Source: Spirochaetaceae bacterium
GTDB lineage: Bacteria > Spirochaetota > Spirochaetia > Treponematales > Breznakiellaceae
NCBI GenBank assembly: GCA_031290205.1
Contig: JAITNZ010000098.1
Span: forward strand, 1 to 52,565
Direction: 5' to 3'
DNA: 52,565 nucleotides
The position numbers and the translations under genes were made by a program. Below are positions 14,567 through 22,966 of the stretch, one piece after another; the first letter of the stretch is position 1, and each line of letters opens with the position of its first letter. The notes beneath the pieces are model-generated. The model had not been told where the DNA came from, searched no databases, and worked only from the letters and a program-made list of their open reading frames with translations.

Positions 14567-14595
14567 TAGACACCGTTTCTGTTTCGTTCTACAAT
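14567..14595 (+). promoter_or_regulatory. Candidate promoter for the DUF362 gene (TAGACA-17-TACAAT)
   Basis: TAGACA at 14567-14572, a 17-nt spacer, then TACAAT at 14590-14595, followed by a GAGGT RBS and the ATG at 14615. The -35 overlaps the right arm of a 12-bp inverted repeat. Confidence 0.45.
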
Positions 14596-14614
14596 AGAAA
14601 TTGAGGTACCAAAA

Positions 14615-15727
14615 ATGGCAAAATCAGCAGTCTACTGGACGGATATGAGGTGCAAAAATGGCGATAGCCTTCTTGCAAAGCTGGAGCGGCTTATTAAAAA
14701 AGCGGGAATCGGCGGTATTGACTTTAAGAATAAATATGTGGCAATCAAAATACACTTTGGGGAGCCGGGTAATCTTGCCTTCCTCCGCCCGAACTGGGCG
14801 CGGGTTGTCGTTGACTATGTGAAAAGTGAGGGCGGGATGCCGTTCCTTACCGATTGCAATACGCTCTATGTCGGGCGGCGGAATCAGGCGCTCAACCACA
14901 TGGATGCCGCCTTCGAAAACGGTTATTCGCCTTTTGCAACCGGCTGCCACAATATCATCGCCGACGGGCTCAAGGGGACCGACGGCGTTGATGTTCCCGT
15001 TACGAACGGCGTTTACTGCAAAGTTGCGAATATCGGGCGGGCGATCATGGATGCCGATATTGTCATTTCGCTGAATCATTTTAAGGGGCATGAGCTTGCC
15101 AGCTTCGGCGGGGCGATAAAGAACCTCGGCATGGGGAGCGGCAGCCGCGCCGGTAAGATGATAATGCACAACGAGGGGAAGCCCGAGGTGCGGGAAGAGC
15201 GGTGCACGGGCTGTAAGACCTGCACTCACTACTGCGCGCAGGGAGCTATCAGCATGAGTGCACAAAAAAAAGCCCATATCGACCAGACTAAGTGCGCGGG
15301 CTGCGGGCGCTGCCTCGGCGTCTGTAATCAGAATGCTATCGAAAATAATTCAGGGGGGAGCGCGGATGTCCTCAATTACAAGATGGCTGAATACGCGAAA
15401 GCTGTTGTCGACGGACGTCCGAACTTCCATATCAATGTGATAAATCAGGTGTCGCCATACTGCGACTGTCATGGCGAAAACGACGCGGCAATCATTCCCG
15501 ATATAGGCATCTTTGCGGGCTTCGACCCCGTTGCACTCGACAAGGCCTGTCTCGATGCGGCGAATGCGGCGCCCGTTATCAAAACGAGCGTTCTGAGTGA
15601 GCGTGAGGAAAAACATCGCGACCACTTTCGGGATGTGCATCCTACGACGAACGGCATCACTCAGATTACCCACAGCGAAAAAATCGGGCTGGGGAATTCC
15701 GCTTACGAACTTACTTTTGTAAAGTAG
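14615..15727 (+). CDS. DUF362 domain protein with a 2x[4Fe-4S] ferredoxin-type insert
   Basis: The N-terminus VAIKIHFGEPGN..FLRP...FLTDCNTLY is typical of DUF362/COG2768. Two CxxCxxCxxxC clusters are present (CTGCKTCTHYC, CAGCGRCLGVC). Confidence 0.8.
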   Translation: MAKSAVYWTDMRCKNGDSLLAKLERLIKKAGIGGIDFKNKYVAIKIHFGEPGNLAFLRPNWARVVVDYVKSEGGMPFLTDCNTLYVGRRNQALNHMDAAFENGYSPFATGCHNIIADGLKGTDGVDVPVTNGVYCKVANIGRAIMDADIVISLNHFKGHELASFGGAIKNLGMGSGSRAGKMIMHNEGKPEVREERCTGCKTCTHYCAQGAISMSAQKKAHIDQTKCAGCGRCLGVCNQNAIENNSGGSADVLNYKMAEYAKAVVDGRPNFHINVINQVSPYCDCHGENDAAIIPDIGIFAGFDPVALDKACLDAANAAPVIKTSVLSEREEKHRDHFRDVHPTTNGITQITHSEKIGLGNSAYELTFVK

Positions 15728-15741
15728 GGGGAGAGAAAAAC

Positions 15742-16632
15742 GTGGATTGGCTTTCGCCGCTAATCGGTGTATACAGTAAATTTATCAGCCCGATTCTTGA
15801 TATCGCCATTCTTGCGTTTTTAATATACAAGGGGTATCAGCTTTTAGCAAAGACGCAGGCGGTTCAACTGATAAAGGGCGCGGGCTTCCTTGCGCTCATC
15901 TATGGCTTTGCCTACATCTTTAATCTTACGACGCTGATATGGATATTAAAGTTTTTAACACCCGGGCTCTTTATAGCCATAGCGCTTATCTTCCAGCCGG
16001 AACTCCGCAAGATCATCATCAAACTGGGGCTTACCGAAATTTTTAGCCCGAGTAACAAACCGCGCACGGGGCAGCTTGAAGCGGTGGTAACGGCGGCGGA
16101 AATTTTAAGCGAGCTGCGGCGCGGTATGCTGATTGTCTTTCCCCGCAGGTCAAACATCAACAGGATTATTGAGGGGGGGACGCGGATTAACGGCGAAATT
16201 TCGTCGACACTCATCGTTACCGTCTTTCAGTTTGATGGTCCCCTGCATGATGCGGCGATGGTTATCCGCAACGGTAAAATTGCCGCAGCCGGTTGTGTGC
16301 TGCCGCTTTCCGAACAGCAGGAGATACGGAAGAGTTTTGGAACGAGGCATAGAGCCGCGCTCGGCATGAGTGAGGAGTCCGATGCGGTAATTCTTATTGT
16401 GTCGGAAGAGACCGGCGCGATTTCGATTGCGTTTGATTCGCAGATATACTATGATCTATCATCGAACGAGATACTGCAAAAGCTCCGCTCTCTTTTAGAT
16501 AGCAGCATAATGGGGGAAAGCAAAACGAAAAAAGAGGAAGTAGCAGAAGTGATCGAGGATACCGAAGAGGCGCCAGAGGCGGCAACGGAAAGCGACGGCG
16601 GTAGTTCGGAAGGAACGGCTCTTGAACGTTAA
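15742..16632 (+). CDS. cdaA: Diadenylate cyclase CdaA (DisA_N/DAC domain, membrane-anchored)
   Basis: GTG start after GGGGGAGAG. Three N-terminal TM segments. DAC motifs DGAMVI-like (DAAMVIRNG) and GTRHRAALGMSEESDAVILIVSEETGAIS. Confidence 0.9.
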   Translation: MDWLSPLIGVYSKFISPILDIAILAFLIYKGYQLLAKTQAVQLIKGAGFLALIYGFAYIFNLTTLIWILKFLTPGLFIAIALIFQPELRKIIIKLGLTEIFSPSNKPRTGQLEAVVTAAEILSELRRGMLIVFPRRSNINRIIEGGTRINGEISSTLIVTVFQFDGPLHDAAMVIRNGKIAAAGCVLPLSEQQEIRKSFGTRHRAALGMSEESDAVILIVSEETGAISIAFDSQIYYDLSSNEILQKLRSLLDSSIMGESKTKKEEVAEVIEDTEEAPEAATESDGGSSEGTALER

Positions 16633-17602
16633 AGAATTCTTTTTATCAGTAACTAATAATTGGCCCGCAAAAGTGCTTTCGATAATGCTGGCTGTTTTTC
16701 TATTTATCTTTCAAAGGGTGAACACGATGGATAGCCGTAATTTCGAGGTTCCGCTTACCGTTACCGTCAACAACAACGAATTAGTTACCACGAAGCCGCT
16801 ACCTGAAAAAGTGCGTATCACGATAAGAACAACACAAACTGAGTTAGCAAACTTTTCTGAAAGTGACATTGCGGCGAGCATAGATTTATCAAAATTTGAA
16901 AACCCTGGTACGTATACGGTCCCGATAGATGCGCATCCTTCACTTAGTATTATTGATATTGATTCAATCGAAATAAATATAATCCCGCGCGAAATTAAAA
17001 TTACACTCGATAAAAAAGCGGGTAAATACTTTCCGGTGAATCCGGTATATAGGGGGAGTGCTGCGCCGGGTTATGAACTTGTTGCCCAGCGCATCGCGCC
17101 CGATAAGGTCTGGATTGAAGGTCCCGCATCGGTTGTTAATCTGTTAAATTCTATCCCGACTGAAGAAATAGATATTACCGGGCGCGATACGAGCATTTCG
17201 CGTATCGTCCGAATTGGGGACTTAAATCCGGTGCTAACATCAAACGAACATAATTTTCAATTTACCGCTGATATAAAGAGCATTGAAAAAATAGCCGAAT
17301 GGGATGCCCTACCCATTGTGTTTACCAACCTTTCCGAAGATTTAATGGTGAAGGATGGCGCGCATACGGGTTTTATCAGATTGCAGGGGAATGAACGCGA
17401 TATAGCGGCATACACACCCGAAGAAGGCGTTCTCTTTGTTGATTGTTCAGAAATAAAATCTGAGGGTGAGTATCCTTCTATGTCCGTGCAAGTGAACGCG
17501 GGTGAAAATTATCATGTCCTCAAGTTTGAGCCCGAAACACTTTCTATTACTGTTGAAAAAAATGAAGTAAACAAAATAAACGGCGCCGCCGAAGACGGGT
17601 AA
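16622..17602 (+). CDS. YbbR-like domain protein (CdaR-type partner of CdaA)
   Basis: TTG start overlapping the cdaA end. The N-terminal anchor NNWPAKVLSIMLAVFLFIF resembles the YbbR N-terminus. Position directly downstream of cdaA. Repeated beta-rich ~90-aa segments. Confidence 0.7.
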   Translation: MNVKEFFLSVTNNWPAKVLSIMLAVFLFIFQRVNTMDSRNFEVPLTVTVNNNELVTTKPLPEKVRITIRTTQTELANFSESDIAASIDLSKFENPGTYTVPIDAHPSLSIIDIDSIEINIIPREIKITLDKKAGKYFPVNPVYRGSAAPGYELVAQRIAPDKVWIEGPASVVNLLNSIPTEEIDITGRDTSISRIVRIGDLNPVLTSNEHNFQFTADIKSIEKIAEWDALPIVFTNLSEDLMVKDGAHTGFIRLQGNERDIAAYTPEEGVLFVDCSEIKSEGEYPSMSVQVNAGENYHVLKFEPETLSITVEKNEVNKINGAAEDG

Positions 17603-17619
17603 GGGGCAATGCAAAACGC

Positions 17620-18534
17620 ATGGAAAATAACGATTTTGTTTTAGATGTAAACAACGATGAGTTCCTCGTCAATACAAAAAAAGACACGGTGCTTAAAGTT
17701 TCGTATCAGTCGAAAGAAGTTTTCGTATGCCCTGTCTGCAAGGAAGAGTTCCACAAAGAGGAACTGTTTACCGGAAGCGGAAGGTTAATCGCCGGCTCCC
17801 TCACCGATGAACTTCACCGGCTTTACGAGCCCTCGGCGAAATACGGCGAGCTCTATCCGCTGGCGTATCATGCGGTTGTGTGCCCCGGTTGTTGGTTTGC
17901 CTCTAACCTCGATGACTTTAACGCTTTGCCGGAAAACGCGCGCCATAAAATTCAAGTTGATGAAGAGGCAAGAAAAAAGGAAGTAGGGAGCATCTTCCCC
18001 CCTGTTGATTTTTATGAATCACGCTCACTTGTATCGGGCGCGGTATCGCAATACCTTATCATGCGCTGTTATGATTATTATCCGGCTGATTTTTCTCCAA
18101 CGGTCAAAGCGGGGATTGCCGCACTGCGCGCCGGCTGGCTGCTTGAACATATAAACGAAAAAGAGCCCGGACAGCATTGGGATTGGCTTGCGCAATTATT
18201 CAAAAAGAAAGCGCATTTCTTTTGCCGGCGCGCACTCGATGGTGAGACAGGGGGGGGGGGGGAGACGCTATCGGGCTTAAAATCTTTTGGTCCTGACCTT
18301 GATAAAAATTATGGATACGAGGGCTTTCTCTATATAACCGGCTTATTGGAATTTAAATGCGGCAGCCGCAAAGACCCTCAAAAGCGTAAAGACCTCATTA
18401 CCGAATCACGGCAGACTTTAGCAAAGATGTTCGGGCTAGGGAAATCCTCGAAGAGCAAACCAGGACCGCTCCTCGAAAAATCACGCAGCCTCTACGCGGA
18501 CATCTCAAAAGAATTACAAGATTTCGATGAGTGA
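17620..18534 (+). CDS. DUF2225-like zinc-ribbon protein
   Basis: CPVCKEEF...LYP..YHAVVCPGCWFA matches the DUF2225 N-terminal CxxC...CxxC pattern as I recall it. A helical TPR-like remainder follows. Contains a 13-G homopolymer at 18250-18262. Confidence 0.55.
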   Translation: MENNDFVLDVNNDEFLVNTKKDTVLKVSYQSKEVFVCPVCKEEFHKEELFTGSGRLIAGSLTDELHRLYEPSAKYGELYPLAYHAVVCPGCWFASNLDDFNALPENARHKIQVDEEARKKEVGSIFPPVDFYESRSLVSGAVSQYLIMRCYDYYPADFSPTVKAGIAALRAGWLLEHINEKEPGQHWDWLAQLFKKKAHFFCRRALDGETGGGGETLSGLKSFGPDLDKNYGYEGFLYITGLLEFKCGSRKDPQKRKDLITESRQTLAKMFGLGKSSKSKPGPLLEKSRSLYADISKELQDFDE

Positions 18535-18536
18535 TT

Positions 18537-18737
18537 GTAGAAGGGGGGGGAAGAAGGGGTTTGGGGTTTGGGGGAAGAGAGAAAGTGGGGAGTGGGGAGT
18601 GGGGAAGAGTGCAGTTGAATAAGGTGCGGGTTTTGAAGTTGAAATAGGAAAAAGTGTTTGAGCAATGAGTAATGAAAAAAGATTTCAAAGTGCTATCTTT
18701 CCCCATACCCCAACCCCTATCCCCCATCCCCCCTCTT
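18537..18737. repeat. Heptad-word element pair around the truA start (G-rich arm 18543-18612, core hairpin remnant 18681-18697, C-rich arm 18698-18737)
   Basis: The G-rich arm reads ggggggggaagaaggggtttggggtttgggggaagagagaaagtggggagtggggagtgggg. The C-rich arm reads ccccataccccaacccctatcccccatcccccc. The arms are mutually complementary in G/C tracts. Confidence 0.7.
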
Positions 18738-19513
18738 TAGAGTGGCGCAATATCAAATTAATAATCTCCTACGACGGGACGGATTTTTCTGGCTGGCAGA
18801 TTCAGCGGAATGGGCGCACCGTTCAGGGTGAACTTGAAAAGGCGCTCCAAGTGATACACAAAAAACATTTGCAGGTGAGCGGGGCGGGGCGGACAGATGC
18901 TGGCGTTCATGCCGCCGCTCAGTGTGCGAACTTTATTACCGATATAGAAAACATACCCCCGCATAATTTTGTTCCCGCGCTTAACGGGCTTTTACCGCAT
19001 GATGTCCGCATCGTTTCGGCGGAGGAGGTGCCCCCTCATTTTCACGCGCGCTTTTCGGCGAAGAGCCGCGTCTATCGGTACTATATCGTGAGCGGCAGAC
19101 AGGCGGCGCCGCACGAAGCGCGTTATGCACTGCAGTTGTGGACAAAACCCTCGCTCAGTATGCTCAATGCTTATGCACGGCTCTTGCACGGCGAAACGGA
19201 TTGCTCACTCTTTGCCTCTCCCTCCGACCCGATTTTTGCGAAAGGCACCGGTTCCCGCTGCCGTTATATTCACCATGCTTATTTTTTTATCGAAAACAGG
19301 CAACTCGTTTTTGAAATCAGCGCGAACTCATTTTTCCGCAGGATGGTGCGTTCAATCATCGGAACACTCCTCTTCTATGAGGGGCGAGAGACTCCGCCTG
19401 AAGCGTTCAAAAAAATCTTGCTTGGAGGCAAACGGGCGAACGCCGGTCCCACCGCCGCTCCCCAAGGACTCTTCCTCTGGCAAGTGGGGTATGGGGGTAT
19501 GGGGAACGGGTGA
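18665..19513 (+). CDS. truA: tRNA pseudouridine(38-40) synthase TruA
   Basis: IKLIISYDGTDFSGWQIQ and GAGRTDAGVHAAAQ (catalytic Asp motif). The only canonical in-frame start before the conserved core is the ATG at 18665, inside the repeat element. The first ~25 aa and last ~8 aa are repeat-encoded. Confidence 0.88.
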   Translation: MSNEKRFQSAIFPHTPTPIPHPPSLEWRNIKLIISYDGTDFSGWQIQRNGRTVQGELEKALQVIHKKHLQVSGAGRTDAGVHAAAQCANFITDIENIPPHNFVPALNGLLPHDVRIVSAEEVPPHFHARFSAKSRVYRYYIVSGRQAAPHEARYALQLWTKPSLSMLNAYARLLHGETDCSLFASPSDPIFAKGTGSRCRYIHHAYFFIENRQLVFEISANSFFRRMVRSIIGTLLFYEGRETPPEAFKKILLGGKRANAGPTAAPQGLFLWQVGYGGMGNG

Positions 19514-19533
19514 TTGGTGATTGATGATGAAGG
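19484..19533. repeat. Heptad-word tract (GGGGTAT and GTGATTG words) at the truA 3' end
   Basis: gtggggtatgggggtatggggaacgggtgattggtgattgatgatgaagg. Encodes the truA tail GYGGMGNG. Confidence 0.6.
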
Positions 19534-19654
19534 CTGCGTGATAAGTGTGTGCAACGAGCAGGGAAGAAATTCTCACGCAGAGAGGGAAGGCTTTCTCGGT
19601 CGGCAGCACAAGAGCAAATTATAATGCGCTCGTCCTGACCGACACTGCCGGCGC

Positions 19655-21322
19655 TCATTCCCACTGGTTCACAAACCTCACCCCATTGTTCCTCGCTATT
19701 TCAAAATTGTTTGCCCAGTCATCCGTGTTGCCCACAACCTTAACTTGGGGATTGCCACCAATTATCAAGAAGCTATTACCGGGGCTAAGCGTTTGACAGC
19801 TTATTTCGCCCATGTTGACGGAAGTCAAGCCATTGCAGTAACTGAGGAAGCTCTCGCCGATACCGCTAAGGTGCGACAGTGGGGACAGGTCAAGCGACTC
19901 CAATCTGCTACAAAAACTGAGGAAACAGCCGTTGATACTGGTAAGCTCCGACAGCGGGGTCAGGTCGAGCGATACTAAGTTCTCGCAATCATACAGAAAC
20001 CATGCGCCGATACTTGTAGAGTTCGATAGCGGGGGCAGGTCAAGCGCTTCCACGTTTACGCACTCACCCAGAAAGTAGTCGCCGATACTGGTAAGCTTCG
20101 ACAGCCGGGACAGGTCAAGCTCCGCCAAGCCATTGCAGCCAAGCAGGAAGTAGTCGCCGATACTGATAAGATTCGACAGCGAGGAGAGGTCAAGTGCTTT
20201 CAAGCTGCTACAGTATCTAAGGAAGTCGTTGCCGACACTGCTAACGTTCGACAGCTTTGACAGGTTCAGCGATTCTAAACTGGTGCAGTAACTCAGGAAG
20301 CCCTCGCCGATACCGGCAAGGTTCGACAGCGGGCTTAGGTCAAGCTCCACCAAGCTGGTACAGTTATACAGGAAGTTGTCGCCGATACGGGTAAGCTTCG
20401 ACAGCGGGGTCAGGTCGAGCAACTCCAAGCTGGTGCAGTAACTCAGGAAGTTGTCGCCGATACTGGTGAGCTTCGGCAGCGGGGACAGGTCAAGCAACGC
20501 CAGCCCATGGAACCCACTAAGGAAATTATCGCCGATAGTAGTAGCGTCCTCCACATCGCTGCCCCATATTATCTCATGGATATACTGCGTCTGGTACACC
20601 TTACCGTTAATCGTGACGCTGGATCTCTCCATGCACAGCATCGCCAGCCGTGCGTCCGCCGTCATACTGTCCATCGTCCAGTCCGCAAGCTTGCCCATGT
20701 TCACGATTTCGTCTTTCGAGGGGTCGTATGCCGACTCAGGCTCAGGATCCGGATCGGATGGCATAGCTGCCATCTTGCCGTCAGCCACCGATGGAGCCTT
20801 GTTGTCCGAATGCATACTTGTTGCCATCGGTGGGGGATCTGCTGTTTCGTTGTAGATAAAGCGCGTGTAGAGCGGCGCCCCATTCAGAGCCCAGTAGCGC
20901 GTAGGCGGCGCGACGCCCGGCGTGGCGATGCTTACCTGAACTATCCCGCCTTCGTCGTTGGGAACATTTGTTACCGTAAGCGAGTAAAGCCCCACCACCA
21001 ATTTTTTCACCTCGGTCGCGCTGATTCCAGACGAAGTCGAACCGTTATACACAAACGTGAATATTTTGCCTAAAGCGTCCGCCTTCAAATCGTCTGTTAA
21101 TCCGGGAATATCCCTGTCGAAGTCGAGCTCGAGGGTCGCCGTCCCTACTCCATCATCGAAGACCGGCGCCGAAGGCGTCAGTTTAATCCACATCGTCTTA
21201 GTCTGATTCAGATTTGACGTATCCGCAATCGCGTTGCAAGCGGATAGAGCAAGCGCGAATACGACAAGCAAAACGCTCCCTATTATTGAAAGATTTACTT
21301 TGCTTTTCATATTATTTTTCAT
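19655..21322 (-). CDS. BspA-type leucine-rich-repeat surface lipoprotein, paralog 1
   Basis: GGAGGAG RBS. Signal peptide plus lipobox LALSAC. About nine 25-aa repeats of LDLSPLSKLTSIGDxFLxxCxxLxx. The N-terminal and middle domains are shared with the two neighbours. Confidence 0.85.
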   Translation of the reverse strand: MKNNMKSKVNLSIIGSVLLVVFALALSACNAIADTSNLNQTKTMWIKLTPSAPVFDDGVGTATLELDFDRDIPGLTDDLKADALGKIFTFVYNGSTSSGISATEVKKLVVGLYSLTVTNVPNDEGGIVQVSIATPGVAPPTRYWALNGAPLYTRFIYNETADPPPMATSMHSDNKAPSVADGKMAAMPSDPDPEPESAYDPSKDEIVNMGKLADWTMDSMTADARLAMLCMERSSVTINGKVYQTQYIHEIIWGSDVEDATTIGDNFLSGFHGLALLDLSPLPKLTSIGDNFLSYCTSLELLDLTPLSKLTRIGDNFLYNCTSLVELDLSPLSNLAGIGEGFLSYCTSLESLNLSKLSNVSSVGNDFLRYCSSLKALDLSSLSNLISIGDYFLLGCNGLAELDLSRLSKLTSIGDYFLGECVNVEALDLPPLSNSTSIGAWFLYDCENLVSLDLTPLSELTSINGCFLSFCSRLESLDLSPLSHLSGIGESFLSYCNGLTSVNMGEISCQTLSPGNSFLIIGGNPQVKVVGNTDDWANNFEIARNNGVRFVNQWE

Positions 21323-21348
21323 ACGTTACTCCTCCATTCATTATCAAT

Positions 21349-22791
21349 TTACCAATTGTTCACAAACGTCAATCCGTCATTCTTATGCGGGAAAGAATGA
21401 GACCATTCCCCCGTGAGACCCTTAACCTTAGCTGTGCATTCTTGCAGATCGTCGCTAAGCTTGAAGCAACCGGTGGGTTCGCTAAACGAGCTAATGCCGA
21501 TGTTACCCATGTCGATGGAACTTAACCCTTCGCAGTCTTGCAGAAATTTTCCGCCGATTTTGACAGTATCAGGCAGTGCGCTCAGGTCAAGCGATTTCAA
21601 GCGGGAGCACCCATACAGGAAGGTATTGCCGATTTCGCTAATCTTCGTTAGATCGGACAAGTCAAGTGTTCCCAGGTGGGAGCAGCTATTGAGGAATTCG
21701 GCTCCGATACCGGTAATCTTCGACAGCGGGGGCAGCGAAAGCGATACCAGCCCGGAGCATCCGGCAAGGAAGTATTCGCCGATTTCGGTAAGGTTCGATA
21801 ACTCGGTCAGGTCAAGCGATACGAGGCTGCTGCAATTTTCGAGGAAACTGCTGTCAATATGAGTAATCTGCGGCATAGGGGGCAGATTAAGCGATACTAG
21901 GCTGCTACAGCTACCAAGAAATCTTTCGTTGATTCCGGCAATGTTCGACAGAGGGGTCAGGTCAAGCGATGTTAAGGAGCTACATTCAGCTAGGAAGTTG
22001 GTTCCGATACTGGTTAGCGTCGAGAACAGAGCTAGGTCGAGCGACGCCAGCCCCTTGAATTTAGCTAGAAAATTATCGCCTAGAACGGTAGCGCCGTCCA
22101 CATCATGCCCCCATATTATCTTGTAGATATACGTTTTAGAGTACTCCTCGCCGTTAATGTCGAAGCTGCCATTTATCGCACAGAGTAATGCCAGCCGCCC
22201 GTCCGCCGTCATGCTATCCGCCGCCCATGTTTGAAAATCGCCCATGCTGACGGTTTCGTCTTGCGAAGAGTCGTAGCTCGAGTCAGCATAGGGCGTTCCG
22301 CTTGCCACCTTGCCAAAATCCGCCAAGCTCGCGCCGCTCTTCGAGCGCAGGGATTGGTCCTCGACCGGGCTGTATGCTGTTTCGTTGTAGATAAACATTG
22401 TGTAGTCCGGCGCATCCAGCACAACCGTTACCCTATATAACACTCCGCCGCCGTTGCGCAGCTGTATCGTATAGCCTACTGTTTTGGTAAAATCTGCAGC
22501 TACCTCACCCTCCGGCGCGATGCTCTTTCCCGTATGCTTAATGCTGGGGATAAGCCCCTTGCGTTCAGTATCGAAGGGCACGGTAACGCTGACGGTTTTG
22601 GCGACCCGGTCAATGATGCCGACCGCGTCCTCTTCAAGCGCGTTTTTGCCCGCCTCGAACGTGAACTCGGTTAGTTCCGGGTCGAGCGTCTGATTCAGAT
22701 TCGACGTATCCGCAAGCGCGTTGCAAGCGGATAGAGCCAGCGCGGCAAGCGCCGTGCATACCAGTAATAGCGATTTCATTTCTTTTCTCAT
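21349..22791 (-). CDS. BspA-type leucine-rich-repeat surface lipoprotein, paralog 2
   Basis: AGGAGGAG RBS. Lipobox LALSAC. About seven 25-aa LRR units. Shares the TADGRLALLC...IIWGHDV middle domain with the neighbours. Confidence 0.85.
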   Translation of the reverse strand: MRKEMKSLLLVCTALAALALSACNALADTSNLNQTLDPELTEFTFEAGKNALEEDAVGIIDRVAKTVSVTVPFDTERKGLIPSIKHTGKSIAPEGEVAADFTKTVGYTIQLRNGGGVLYRVTVVLDAPDYTMFIYNETAYSPVEDQSLRSKSGASLADFGKVASGTPYADSSYDSSQDETVSMGDFQTWAADSMTADGRLALLCAINGSFDINGEEYSKTYIYKIIWGHDVDGATVLGDNFLAKFKGLASLDLALFSTLTSIGTNFLAECSSLTSLDLTPLSNIAGINERFLGSCSSLVSLNLPPMPQITHIDSSFLENCSSLVSLDLTELSNLTEIGEYFLAGCSGLVSLSLPPLSKITGIGAEFLNSCSHLGTLDLSDLTKISEIGNTFLYGCSRLKSLDLSALPDTVKIGGKFLQDCEGLSSIDMGNIGISSFSEPTGCFKLSDDLQECTAKVKGLTGEWSHSFPHKNDGLTFVNNW

Positions 22792-22809
22792 TTTGGTCTC
22801 CTCCTATGT

Positions 22810-22925
22810 TTGAAGAAGGGTATGGGGGATGGGGAAAGATTTCACTTTGACCGCCACGGGCGGTTTCAACTACACCTCACACCTTATACCTCATTCCTCA
22901 CTCAATCATCACTCATCATTTTTCA
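22810..22925 (-). repeat. Heptad-word element with a conserved core hairpin in the LRR paralog 2 leader
   Basis: The minus-strand sense reads purine words (atgagtg, gaggtat), then ttgaaaccgcc-cgt-ggcggtcaa, then agtgaaatctttcccc, then C-rich words, then cttcttcaaa, then AGGAGGAG and the ATG at 22791. Confidence 0.65.
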
Positions 22926-22966
22926 GTCTTCACGTCACTGGGGGCTTTCCCCTTCGTCCTTCGCCC

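Noticed and set aside
14624-15277. 217-aa minus-strand ORF overlapping the DUF362 gene
   Set aside because: It is antisense to a gene with clear DUF362 and 2x[4Fe-4S] motifs. It has no RBS and no recognisable motif.
20451-21073. 134-aa and 188-aa plus-strand ORFs inside LRR paralog 1 (similar ones at 21413-21862 and 23607-23897)
   Set aside because: They are antisense to the LRR lipoprotein genes. Their repetitive Ser/Arg-rich translations mirror the LRR repeat periodicity, so they are artefacts of the repeats.
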